Shown: positions 39,735 through 49,131 of the stretch, one piece after another
Layout: each line of letters opens with the position of its first letter
Position numbering within the stretch: the first letter of the stretch is position 1
NCBI GenBank assembly: GCA_038887515.1
Contig: JAWAKK010000001.1
Span: 672,001-736,000 of the forward strand
Origin: Candidatus Nezhaarchaeales archaeon
Lineage (GTDB): Archaea; Thermoproteota; Methanomethylicia; Nezhaarchaeales; WYZ-LMO8
Length of the DNA stretch: 64,000 bases
Direction: 5' to 3'
Made by a program: the position numbers and the translations under genes
The notes under the pieces: generated by a model
Database searches by the model: none
Told to the model about the DNA's origin: nothing
Seen by the model: only the letters and a program-made list of their open reading frames with translations

Positions 39735-39904
39735 GTCCCAGCCTTGTAGGAGGCTTCATGACAGTTTTCGACGGACTTAAATAGCTTTTCTAAACTTTAG
39801 AGCCCCTATGGGGGTTATAGATACTTACGCAATTATCAAAGACACCTTCGCCTCCACGCAATTAATATATCTTCTAGGCAAGAAGAAAAGTTTAGAGGTT
39901 CATC

Positions 39905-41140
39905 ATGGATCCTAGGAAGTTCAGGTACATAAGACTTGAAGAGGCCTTGAAAAAGATAGACGAGTGCATCAGGGTTACACTACCAGCGGAAGAAGTCAGG
40001 ATCTGTGAGGCATATAACAGGTTCTTAGCAGAAGATGTAGTATCGAAAATCGATCTTCCCCCGCACGACGTAGCTCACTTTGACGGCTACGCCTTGAGGA
40101 GCCGTGATGTTGCCTGTGCCTCACCGGTTAACCCTGTAAAGCTGAAGATAAAGGCCAAGATCTTCCCATCATCGGCTGAGGCGCTGAGCATAGGCGCAGG
40201 AGAGGCAGCTTATGTTGCTACTGGTGCTATCATGCCCCTTGGAGCCGACAGCGTTTTACCAATAGAGGCGGCATTGGTTAAAGAGGGTCATGTAGAGGTA
40301 AAGTATGCAGTTAAGCCAGGAGATCACATTATAAGGGCTGGCAGCGACGTTAAGCAAGGCGACTTGATCCTAAAGAGGGGGCATAGACTTAGGGGGCAGG
40401 ATATAGCTTTCCTAGCACTCGTAGGCTACTCTCAGGTGAAAGTCTCTTCAATGCCTAAGGTATGCATAATGCCTATAGGCGATGAGCTTACCGAAGACTA
40501 CGGTACTTTGAAGCCTGGAAAAGTTCCTTGTAGTCATACTTTAATGATTAGTAGCTTCGTCCTGAGAGATGGCGGAATACCAGTTTATCAAGGCATAGTA
40601 CCAGACGACGCGAATGCTATAAGTGAAGCGATAGCTAAAGCCTCTGCTAGGTTCGACGTTATATTGACTATAAGTGGTGCGTCGAGAGGCGAGAAGGACT
40701 TAGTCTGCGAAGCTATGTCGAGGATTGAAGGGGCGAACATCGTATTTCATGGAGTAATGACAAGGCCTGGCCGACAAACTGGGTTTGCCTTAATAAGAGG
40801 GAAGCCATTAATCATGCTACCAGGTTTATCGCATTCAACCATAGTAGGTTACCAACTAATAGCTAGAAGAGCTATTTCTAGGCTTATGGGCATAGAGGTA
40901 GACGATTTACCGTTAAAAGCGAGAATAGCCTGCAACTTAGAGCTTCCTCCTCCAAAGGGGTTTAAAAGGATAGTTTTCGTTAGGCTTGAGAACTACGGCG
41001 ATTACTATAGAGCCTGGCCGCTAAAGGGAGAGTCGGCCCTTGCAAGCATACCGGTTAAAGGTCATGGCTACGTTATCTTTAACGAAGGGTTGGAGCGTGT
41101 GAATGAAGGTTCTATAGTAGACGTTCACTTGCTATATTGA
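39905..41140 (+). CDS. moeA: Molybdopterin molybdo/tungstotransferase MoeA (paralog 1)
   Basis: R.LAEDV...D.PP...FDGYA, TGAIMP.GADSV, GDEL, SGAS.G..D, RPG. Confidence 0.9.
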   Translation: MDPRKFRYIRLEEALKKIDECIRVTLPAEEVRICEAYNRFLAEDVVSKIDLPPHDVAHFDGYALRSRDVACASPVNPVKLKIKAKIFPSSAEALSIGAGEAAYVATGAIMPLGADSVLPIEAALVKEGHVEVKYAVKPGDHIIRAGSDVKQGDLILKRGHRLRGQDIAFLALVGYSQVKVSSMPKVCIMPIGDELTEDYGTLKPGKVPCSHTLMISSFVLRDGGIPVYQGIVPDDANAISEAIAKASARFDVILTISGASRGEKDLVCEAMSRIEGANIVFHGVMTRPGRQTGFALIRGKPLIMLPGLSHSTIVGYQLIARRAISRLMGIEVDDLPLKARIACNLELPPPKGFKRIVFVRLENYGDYYRAWPLKGESALASIPVKGHGYVIFNEGLERVNEGSIVDVHLLY

Positions 41141-41193
41141 TGATAGACAAGCTTATATGAATCATGAGTATTGCGGAGTATAGGGATTAAACC

Positions 41194-41943
41194 TTGAAGC
41201 TGGCCGTTTCGGGAAAAGGTGGTTGCGGTAAAAGCACTATCGTGGCGCTACTTTCCAAGGTCTTCGTAGAGATGGGCTTTAAGGTCTTGGTCGTAGACGC
41301 GGACGAATCTAACGTAGGTTTGTTGAAGATGCTCGGCCTAGAGAACGTAAAATCATTGGTCGAAGTTTACGGCGGTCGAATAGGATTAAAAGCGGCCTTA
41401 GACAGAGGACTAGAGTTCCTACCGGACGTCAACGCCATAACTGCAGGTGAAGGCAAGCTAAGGGCTGTTAGAGTTGGCAAGATAGAGCGTGGTGGCGAGG
41501 GATGTGCATGTATATTCGGCATTCTAACTAAGGAAGTATTGAGCAAGCTGACGAGTTCAGGAGACGAGATCGTCCTGATAGACATGGAGGCTGGGGTCGA
41601 ACACTTGGGTAGAGGAATTGATCAAGTAGTTGACGCGATCCTCTTCGTAGTGGACCCAACGCTCGACTCTATAGTGCTTGCAGAGAGAGCGAACAAAATG
41701 GCTGCAGAACTAGGAGTGTCCAAGTTCATGGTCGTGCTAAATAAGATAGACTCAGAAACTGCAGAGGTGGTCCAAAGCAGATTACTAGGCTTGGGCGTTA
41801 AGATTATTGGAAAGATTCGTTACGACCCCGAGGTCGTCAGGTCTGCGCTACTAGGCGAGACTATTAGAGCCCGTACAGCAATGGTTGACGCAGTTAATTT
41901 AGCCAAGGCAATTTTAGAGGAGTTAAGATATGGGATTAGTTGA
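41194..41943 (+). CDS. CooC/AcsF-like nickel-insertion ATPase (MinD/ParA family)
   Basis: SGKGGCGKS, VDADE, GCAC (CxC) motif, DMEAGVEHLGRG, VLNK. Confidence 0.85.
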   Translation: MKLAVSGKGGCGKSTIVALLSKVFVEMGFKVLVVDADESNVGLLKMLGLENVKSLVEVYGGRIGLKAALDRGLEFLPDVNAITAGEGKLRAVRVGKIERGGEGCACIFGILTKEVLSKLTSSGDEIVLIDMEAGVEHLGRGIDQVVDAILFVVDPTLDSIVLAERANKMAAELGVSKFMVVLNKIDSETAEVVQSRLLGLGVKIIGKIRYDPEVVRSALLGETIRARTAMVDAVNLAKAILEELRYGIS

Positions 41944-42712
41944 GGAACTAATTAATACCTTACTTACATTGAAGCCAGAAAATGGTGAGATTAGAGCTGA
42001 GAAGGTAATCATAGGCTTAGGATACACGTGCGTTCTAACAGAGAATGGGTACATAGGGTTATGTCAGACTTTACTGGGAGAGTTAAATGTCCGTTGTTGC
42101 AGGATAGGAAACAAAGCCGGCACCCTTGCAGGTTCGAAGATGAGAGACCTAGTAGAGCTATCAAAATCGTGGGATTTAGGTGAAAGGATCGTGGGGGTTG
42201 CATCAATCAATGCTCTCTCAGCGCCCTACATAGCTGAAAGCAAAGGGGTTAAGCTTCTGAAGGGGAACCTAGTAAATTACATTGACCTTAGGAAGGGGGA
42301 TCTAGTGGTCATGGTCGGAAACATGAGACCCTTTAAGGAGCCCATAAAGGAGAAGGGCTGCAACCTCATCGTTCTTGAGAGGAGCCCCCATCTAATGGAC
42401 GATGATACTTTTCCAGACCTAGCTGCTGAGGACGTTGTCCCTAAAGCTGACGTCCTAATAATCTCCGGTACGAGCATAGCTAACGGAACTATAGATAGAC
42501 TGCTGAAATTAGCTAAGAGAGCTAGGGAGATAGCTTTGACAGGGCCTTCAGCGAGCGCTTGTCCTAAAGTACTATTCGACAACGGTATTACAGTGATAGG
42601 TTGTGTAAGGGTACTCGAGCCCTTCATGGTTGTTAAAGTTGTAAGCGAGGGGGGCGGAACATTAGCTTTAAAGCCCTACCTCGAACAAGTGGTTTTGAGG
42701 CCTAGTAGTTAA
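41930..42712 (+). CDS. DUF364-family (enolase-N + Rossmann-like) protein
   Basis: GVASINALS, VMVGNM.P, LER, ISGTSIANGTID.LL, GPSAS. Confidence 0.8.
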   Translation: MGLVEELINTLLTLKPENGEIRAEKVIIGLGYTCVLTENGYIGLCQTLLGELNVRCCRIGNKAGTLAGSKMRDLVELSKSWDLGERIVGVASINALSAPYIAESKGVKLLKGNLVNYIDLRKGDLVVMVGNMRPFKEPIKEKGCNLIVLERSPHLMDDDTFPDLAAEDVVPKADVLIISGTSIANGTIDRLLKLAKRAREIALTGPSASACPKVLFDNGITVIGCVRVLEPFMVVKVVSEGGGTLALKPYLEQVVLRPSS

Positions 42713-42726
42713 CTTTTTAAAGTTAA
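42709..42726. promoter_or_regulatory. Perfect palindrome TTAACTTT-TT-AAAGTTAA overlapping the TATA box of the TrmB-MobA gene
   Basis: 8-bp arms with a 2-nt spacer; contains TTTTTAAA about 23-30 nt upstream of GTG 42744. Confidence 0.5.
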
Positions 42727-42743
42727 AGAGAAAGCTATCGACC

Positions 42744-44120
42744 GTGAATAGAGAAGACGTACTTTTATCACTTAAAAGCCTAGGTCTAACAGAGTACGAA
42801 AGTAGGGTTTACTTAGCCCTTATAGACCTCGGAAGGGCCAAGGCGAGAGATATAAGCGATGTCACATCTATAGCATATCCCAAAGTCTATAGTGTTCTGA
42901 ACGATTTAAAGGAGAAGGGCTTTGTTGAAGAGGAGTTGGGAAGGCCTAAATACTTTAGGCCCGTTAATCCCACTAAGGCCATTAAGAACTACGTCGAAGA
43001 AAAAGTATTCATTCTAAAGGATGTGGCAGAAAAGGTTCTAAGGGTTTTAGCTAATAGGTTTGAAGCTTCAACCAGCGAGAAGAATAGGACCCTTGTATTA
43101 CAGAATAAGCGGAGCGTCTTAGATAAGCTAAAAGATCTAATACTTAATGCTGGTAGAGAGGTTCTCATTTCGGCTCCGAGCTTTGAAGTTCTAGGGATTA
43201 AAGCCTTATTTCTTGATTTGAACGCCGCCAAGAGAAGGGGCGTCGATGTTAGGATATTAACATCTACATCAACGTCGAAAAAGGATGTAGAGAAAGTTAT
43301 GGAAGTAGCTGACGTCAGAATTAAAGAGGGCCTTGAAAGTTACTACGTCATAACAGATGCCGGGTCTCTACTCATATCTGGCAAGCTTGATGATCTTAGG
43401 GCCATACTAATTACAGATGAGCTTGGTGTAAAGCCAACGCGCGAGCATTTCAACTATACTTGGTTTGAAGCTATACCTGCTACAATATACTTGGGATTTA
43501 AGAGCGTTGAACGAGGAGTTATAGTTCTAGCTGGCGGTATGAGTAAACGCATGGGGAGAGATAAGACCTTACTCCCAGTTAAGGGTGTCCCGATGATTAG
43601 GAGGGTTACCGATGTAGCATTAAGTGTTGCAGGCGAAGTCGTAATCGTTACGGGTAGCCGAAGGATGGCGATGAACCTAAGCAGTGCCGTTGGAAAAGAA
43701 GTTACGATAGTTGAGGACGAAGAAAGGGGTTGGGGGCCTATAATGGGCATACTAACTGGTTGTAAGAAAGCACGTGCTGAATACGTGGCTGTCGTTCCCT
43801 GCGATGCACCTTTCTTGAATCCTAAAGTGATATTAGAGTTATTCAAAAGGGCTGAAGGACATGACGCTGCCATTCCTAGATGGCCCAATGGTTACTTAGA
43901 GCCACTTCACTCCGTGTACCGAAGACAATCCGTATTAGAGGTGGCACAGAAACTCGTTGATAAAGGCTCTAGGTCGATACTTCACTTAATAGAGAACTTA
44001 AACGACGTTGTCTACGTTCCAGTAGAGGAACTTAAGCTCATAGACGAAAAGCTGTTGACCTTCTTTAACGTCAACACGCCTAGGGACCTGTTGATGGCCG
44101 AGGCTATGGACATTTCATGA
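42744..44120 (+). CDS. TrmB-family transcriptional regulator fused to molybdenum cofactor guanylyltransferase MobA
   Basis: N-term LGLTEYESRVYLAL...YPKVYSVL..L.EKGFV...GRPKYF (TrmB wHTH) plus effector-like domain; C-term VLAGGMSKRMGRDK.LL, GPIMGI, PCDAPF, EPLHSVY, FFNVNTP.DL (MobA). Confidence 0.88.
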   Translation: MNREDVLLSLKSLGLTEYESRVYLALIDLGRAKARDISDVTSIAYPKVYSVLNDLKEKGFVEEELGRPKYFRPVNPTKAIKNYVEEKVFILKDVAEKVLRVLANRFEASTSEKNRTLVLQNKRSVLDKLKDLILNAGREVLISAPSFEVLGIKALFLDLNAAKRRGVDVRILTSTSTSKKDVEKVMEVADVRIKEGLESYYVITDAGSLLISGKLDDLRAILITDELGVKPTREHFNYTWFEAIPATIYLGFKSVERGVIVLAGGMSKRMGRDKTLLPVKGVPMIRRVTDVALSVAGEVVIVTGSRRMAMNLSSAVGKEVTIVEDEERGWGPIMGILTGCKKARAEYVAVVPCDAPFLNPKVILELFKRAEGHDAAIPRWPNGYLEPLHSVYRRQSVLEVAQKLVDKGSRSILHLIENLNDVVYVPVEELKLIDEKLLTFFNVNTPRDLLMAEAMDIS

Positions 44121-44640
44121 AACTTTCTACTGCTCTAAGTAGTTTTTCTTCATCTCGCGGAAGTACTAAACAGTCGGCCCCCAGATATTGAAATTCGAGT
44201 AATCTTTGATTAAATGTACAGAAAGCTATTATTGGCGGCTCCGTTCCTTCGACCCTACACTTAAGGTCGTCGAGATCCTTAAAGGCTATAATCTTGCCGA
44301 CATCGGTTCTCCTAGCAACAAGCCTATGGAAGCCTTCTATGACCACAACATCTATCTCTGCCATTTCAACAAGCTTTAAGACCTCTTCAAGCTTTTCAGG
44401 TTCTCCTCTAGTTCTTAATATTGTACCCGCCTCTGATGGAGAAAGATAGGCGGTTACCTTAGCCCCTGCAACCCTGTGCCTCCATGTGTCGCTACCCTCT
44501 TTATCGATTGTAAAGCCGATGTGATGTATGTGCTTTATTGCGCCGACAGCAAAACCAAGCTTCGTAAGGTACCTTATTACTATCTCCGCAATGCTGGTTT
44601 TGCCCGATTTCTTGCTCCCAATTATGGCTATTTTTTTCAT
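44104..44640 (-). CDS. mobB: Molybdopterin-guanine dinucleotide biosynthesis protein B
   Basis: GSKKSGKT, IKHIHH..F.ID.EG.DTWR...AGA, VIEGF. Confidence 0.92.
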   Translation of the reverse strand: MKKIAIIGSKKSGKTSIAEIVIRYLTKLGFAVGAIKHIHHIGFTIDKEGSDTWRHRVAGAKVTAYLSPSEAGTILRTRGEPEKLEEVLKLVEMAEIDVVVIEGFHRLVARRTDVGKIIAFKDLDDLKCRVEGTEPPIIAFCTFNQRLLEFQYLGADCLVLPRDEEKLLRAVESFMKCP

Positions 44641-44787
44641 AAACCTCCTTACCCCAAGACTGTAAGCCTGAAAATAAATTCCTTTGGTCTCAGAACCGAG
44701 TTACTAAGCAAGTTGCCCAAATTTACCTCGTTCATTGAGCTCTTAGGATACCTTAAAAAGCTTTGCTGAGAACACTCATAGTTAGTT

Positions 44788-45771
44788 GTGGTTAGTTGTA
44801 AAGGTGATTTTTCGTTGCTACTTGACAAGTACGGTAGACCAATAACCAACCTCAGGATTACGATAACCCATAGGTGCAATTATAGGTGTTTCTATTGTCA
44901 CATGGAGGGGGAAAGGGGGTTTGACGAATTAACAGTCAGTGAAATAGCTAGGCTTGTAAGGATAGGTAAGAGGCTTGGCATGGACAAGGTCAAACTAACT
45001 GGAGGAGAGCCGCTTCTACGTTGCGATGTCGTCGACATCGTTAAGGCTGTAAGCGACGTAAAAGTGGCGGACTTGGCGATGACTACTAATGGGTCGTACT
45101 TAAATAACCTCGCAACTCAGCTCGTTGAAGCCGGCCTAAAGAGAGTAAACGTCAGCTTACCCTCACTAAAGGAGGAAGTCTTCGAGAAAATAACCGGTGT
45201 TAGATTGCTCAGCAACGTCATAAATGGCCTCCTCGTAGCCAAGGATTGCGGCTTAAGCCCTATTAAGCTTAACATGGTTCTGCTTAAGGGGCTTAATGAC
45301 CGTGAAGTTTGGGATTTGATGGAATTCGCAAGGAGGCACGAGTTCATACTCCAGTTAATAGAGCTAGAGCCCGTAGGCATCGTTGATGAATTCTACAAGA
45401 CATACCATGTAAATCTTGACGATGTCGAGAAATGGCTTGAAAGTAGGGCCGTTAAGGTTGATGAGAGGAAAGCAATGCATAACAGGAGACAGTACGACCT
45501 CGGCGACCTCAAAGTTGAGGTCGTTAAGCCCCTTAACAATCCCGACTTCTGTATGCACTGTACGAGACTTAGGATTACTGTTGATGGAAAGTTAAAGCCC
45601 TGCCTCATGAGAAATGATAATCTAATTGACGTGCTCGGGGCTTTAAGGGGTGGAGCGAGCGATGAAGACCTCGTAAAGCTCTTCATCAAGGCTGTTGAAG
45701 TGAGAGAGCCATACTTCAAAGCTAGCTGCAAAGGAGGGCTTGAGGGATCTGTGAGGGCTAGGAGATGCTGA
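44788..45771 (+). CDS. moaA: GTP 3',8-cyclase MoaA
   Basis: D.YGR....LRI.IT.RCNYRCFYC, LTGGEPLLR, TTNG, FCMHCTRLR...G.LKPCL. Confidence 0.95.
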   Translation: MVSCKGDFSLLLDKYGRPITNLRITITHRCNYRCFYCHMEGERGFDELTVSEIARLVRIGKRLGMDKVKLTGGEPLLRCDVVDIVKAVSDVKVADLAMTTNGSYLNNLATQLVEAGLKRVNVSLPSLKEEVFEKITGVRLLSNVINGLLVAKDCGLSPIKLNMVLLKGLNDREVWDLMEFARRHEFILQLIELEPVGIVDEFYKTYHVNLDDVEKWLESRAVKVDERKAMHNRRQYDLGDLKVEVVKPLNNPDFCMHCTRLRITVDGKLKPCLMRNDNLIDVLGALRGGASDEDLVKLFIKAVEVREPYFKASCKGGLEGSVRARRC

Positions 45772-45878
45772 ATACGTAAGTTGCTAATCTAGACGATGTT
45801 TGCGTAGCATAGACCTCACGAATATGTTAGCTCTGAAATGTTGAGGCGAGAAATCTTTATTGCAGATTACACTTAAGG

Positions 45879-47168
45879 ATGAGACAAGAAAGGGGAAGGA
45901 TTGTGAGAATGATAAGGGAAGACTGGAAGAGAGTTTTAAAGCTGACTTCGCCCGAAGAGGCTGCTAAGAAGCTTTTGGAAGTAGTGAAAGTTAAGCCGAG
46001 GACTGAAGAGGTGAGCGTTGTTGATAGTCTCGGTAGGGTTTTGGCTGAAAACATTATAGCCAGCCAAGACGTACCACCTTATGACTGCGCTTGTTTTGAA
46101 GGCTACGCCGTGAGGTCTAAGGATACTTCAAAGGCTTCTAGAGACTGCCCAGTTAAGTTGAAGGTGATAGGTAAAGTTTTGCCTGAAACACGTGAGCTTC
46201 CGAGGATTAAGGAAGGAGAGGCGGCATTCTTAGTTACTGGAGCACCAATCCCCCCGGGGGCAGACGCTCTCGTAAAAGTTGAGGAGACTAGGTTAGAGGA
46301 TGGATACGTATTGGTATTCAGGAAGATAGAAGAGCTTGAAAACGTTGCTGTTAAAGGTGAGGACATTAAAGCCGGGGAACCAGTACTGCGAAGCGGCCAC
46401 ACCATAAGGCCAATAGACGTAGGACTGCTTATGGGGCTAGGGATATCTAAGGTTAAAGTCTACGTAAAGCCGAGGTTCGCTATACTATCTGTTGGAAAAG
46501 AACTTTACCTAAAAAGTTTAGAGACGAAGGACCCTCCACCAAACAACTACGCGTACGTCATTAAAGGTCTGATAGAGGAGCTCGGCGGATTGGCCGATGT
46601 GATTGGCATACTGCCCGATGACGTGGAGGCTGTTAAGGAGGCCATCTTGAAGGCAATTAATGAATACGACGTTTTAATAACCATGGGCAGTTGCAGTATT
46701 GGGATTAACGATACGGTTCCTGACGCTATAAACGAACTAGGAGAACTAGGGGTAATAGTTCATGGTCTCACACTTAGCCCTGGAAAGCCTGCAGGCTTTG
46801 GGGTTTTAAAGGGAAAGCCTATCATAATGTTGCCCGGCCACATAGTCTCGGCTGTAGCGGCATTTTATTCTTTATGTTTGCCCCTAATAGCTTATCTTAC
46901 AGGAAGAACCATGAATAACCTGCTACCCTACGTATACGCTGAGTTTAGGGAGGATGAAGAGCCCTGGGGAGGCTATAGGTTTCTGAGAGCTAGAGTCGAG
47001 GACTTGAACGGCAACTTTGTCGCAAAGCCCATGCACGGAGGGGCGAACGTCATGACTACGTTGCTTAAAGCAAACTATTTCGTATTGTTGCCACCTAAGA
47101 CTGCTATCAAGAAGGGCGATAAGTTAAGGCTAACAGCATTAAGTCTCCTAGATTCATTGCCACAATAG
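45879..47168 (+). CDS. moeA: Molybdopterin molybdo/tungstotransferase MoeA (paralog 2)
   Basis: GRVLAENI...DVPPYD...EGYAV, TGAPIP.GADA, PGKP, LPGH. Confidence 0.9.
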   Translation: MRQERGRIVRMIREDWKRVLKLTSPEEAAKKLLEVVKVKPRTEEVSVVDSLGRVLAENIIASQDVPPYDCACFEGYAVRSKDTSKASRDCPVKLKVIGKVLPETRELPRIKEGEAAFLVTGAPIPPGADALVKVEETRLEDGYVLVFRKIEELENVAVKGEDIKAGEPVLRSGHTIRPIDVGLLMGLGISKVKVYVKPRFAILSVGKELYLKSLETKDPPPNNYAYVIKGLIEELGGLADVIGILPDDVEAVKEAILKAINEYDVLITMGSCSIGINDTVPDAINELGELGVIVHGLTLSPGKPAGFGVLKGKPIIMLPGHIVSAVAAFYSLCLPLIAYLTGRTMNNLLPYVYAEFREDEEPWGGYRFLRARVEDLNGNFVAKPMHGGANVMTTLLKANYFVLLPPKTAIKKGDKLRLTALSLLDSLPQ

Positions 47169-47219
47169 CGTTGCCCTAAATCCTTTGAAGCACCTTATAC
47201 CCTACATTAATTTCAGGGA

Positions 47220-48035
47220 TTAAACCAATAGTCTTAAGGTTTCGACTATACGATCAAGAAATACCAAGTCTCGAACCCTTGGCGTCAAGCTTAGGCTTAT
47301 CGGTGTTACGGATATGTAGCCAGATCTTACAGCCTCAACATCAGTATCTTCATAATCTTTGGGGTACAATGTTATATCCCATCTAGCTATCCTATAGCCT
47401 CCCGGGCAATCTACATGTATATCAGGGTAACCCTTTTTGGATGGGCGAGTCAACTTCACTCCTCTTATGCCGCTTCGATAATCTGGGACATTTATAGAGA
47501 GTACGTCGATGTCTTCGGGCATCCCGACATCGATTACTAACTTTGCCAATAGCCTTGCAATCTTCGCAGCCAACTTTAAACCGGGATCTCGAAGGAGGCA
47601 ATTACTGATATCGTCGTCAAATTCCCTAGCTATGCAATACGAGATGGCGATCGACGGTATACCGTGTATCGCGGCCTCCATTGCGGCTCCTATCGTCCCT
47701 GAGTTTAAGATATCGTCGACTCCTAAATTAGGTCCAAGGTTTATGCCAGCTACAGCAACATCGGGTTTCTCCTTCAGTATTTTGTGTAACGCTATAAGCA
47801 CGGCGTCCGCCGGTGTACCGTCTATTGAATAGGCTTCTCCGCATTGAAGCTTAACCTTCTCGACTTTAACTGCATCGCCAACCGTCAGCGCTTTTCCTAT
47901 CCCGCTCCTTTCTCTCTTAGGGCCAACCATTATGCAATCGAATTCTGCACTAAGCTCTTCTTTCAACATCGCTATGCCTGTAGAATGAACTCCGTCATCG
48001 TTGACCACGAGGGCTAACGGTCTCTTCACGTTCAA
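47220..48035 (-). CDS. surE: 5'/3'-nucleotidase SurE
   Basis: NDDGV.S.G, SGIG, GTPADAV, GINLG.N, SGTIGAA.EA, ISVTP. Confidence 0.95.
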   Translation of the reverse strand: MNVKRPLALVVNDDGVHSTGIAMLKEELSAEFDCIMVGPKRERSGIGKALTVGDAVKVEKVKLQCGEAYSIDGTPADAVLIALHKILKEKPDVAVAGINLGPNLGVDDILNSGTIGAAMEAAIHGIPSIAISYCIAREFDDDISNCLLRDPGLKLAAKIARLLAKLVIDVGMPEDIDVLSINVPDYRSGIRGVKLTRPSKKGYPDIHVDCPGGYRIARWDITLYPKDYEDTDVEAVRSGYISVTPISLSLTPRVRDLVFLDRIVETLRLLV

Positions 48036-48667
48036 TCATCCCTTAACACTTTATGTAGATCTACGGTCTTTATGGCTCCTTCCCTAATGACCCTTACCTC
48101 TCCGTCCACTTCAACGACCATGGAAGGCACTCCGAGTGGGCAACTACCCCCATTGATGGCGACGTCGACTTGACTTAAAAGCCAAGTATCAACCTCTTCT
48201 AACGATTTAGGTTCTCTTTCGCCGGTTTTATTAGCGCTCGTTCCCACTATTAATCCGCCTATGTTTTCAGCTAATATCCTTGCAACCATGCTGTTTGGAA
48301 TTCTTACCCCAACCTTCGGTTTACCCATAGTCACTTGAACGGGTAGATAGGACTTTAGTGGCAATACCATCGTTAAAGGACCAGGCCAGAAGACACGGGC
48401 TAGCTTCTCTGCCTTAGAGGTCATATCGACTATTAACTTTATAGCCTCAATACCTGAAGCTAGTATCGGTAGAGGCTTCCCACGGCGACCCTTTAAGTTT
48501 AAAAGTCTCGTTAAGGCCTCTTCATTTCGAGGGTCGCAACCAATGCCATAGACTGTATCTGTAGGGTATATCACTATTCCGCCATCTCTTAGAGAGCTTA
48601 TGGCTGGCTTTAAAGCTGCCTTTAATTCATGCTCTTCTCTAAGTCCTCTAATATCTATGGTTAGCAT
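48032..48667 (-). CDS. tsaC: Threonylcarbamoyl-AMP synthase (single-domain TsaC/YrdC form)
   Basis: YPTDTVYGIGCD, KGR..KPL, WPGPLT, GVRIP, TSAN, REGAI; no SUA5 C-domain. Confidence 0.9.
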   Translation of the reverse strand: MLTIDIRGLREEHELKAALKPAISSLRDGGIVIYPTDTVYGIGCDPRNEEALTRLLNLKGRRGKPLPILASGIEAIKLIVDMTSKAEKLARVFWPGPLTMVLPLKSYLPVQVTMGKPKVGVRIPNSMVARILAENIGGLIVGTSANKTGEREPKSLEEVDTWLLSQVDVAINGGSCPLGVPSMVVEVDGEVRVIREGAIKTVDLHKVLRDD

Positions 48668-48729
48668 CGATAGGCACTAGTCTTAAAGCTCTATAAATAC
48701 GCTTCGTCTCAAAGGCTCTACGAGCGCGT

Positions 48730-49131
48730 ATGGACAGGGGCGTAGCTTCTTCACTAGCACTCTTAGCTTCAATTATGATATTGATGAGTCAGATAAGCAT
48801 AAATGTAGCTTTCGTAGAGGTCGTAAACGAAGAGGTTGCGAAGACTGTTCAGAAGGTCGTTGAGAGGGCTCGTCTTAGTCAGCTAAACTTAGTCGTCGCT
48901 ACTGAGGGTTCATCGATAATTGTGTTTAATGGTCGAGAGAGTGGGGTATCTATAACTAGCTTATCGCTATGCTACATCAACGGTAGCGTTGTGGACCTTA
49001 AAGTAGATTGGTTCATTCCAGCAAAATCTGCGTGTAAGCACCATGTTCCTTTATCCATCTCTGATTGCGTGGCAGTAATATTGGTGTTAAATGAAGGAGA
49101 AAGAATGCTATTGCCCGTAAGTAAGGTTTAA
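48730..49131 (+). CDS. Putative pilin-like protein (class III signal peptide)
   Basis: MDRG|VASSLALLASIMILM hydrophobic N-terminus, then IVFNG...VSITSL beta-rich domain. Confidence 0.5.
   Translation: MDRGVASSLALLASIMILMSQISINVAFVEVVNEEVAKTVQKVVERARLSQLNLVVATEGSSIIVFNGRESGVSITSLSLCYINGSVVDLKVDWFIPAKSACKHHVPLSISDCVAVILVLNEGERMLLPVSKV

Noticed and set aside
41137-41195. Other TGATGA motifs (1683, 17063, 41138) as C/D sRNAs
   Set aside because: No correctly spaced D'/C'/D boxes or recognisable rRNA complementarity.
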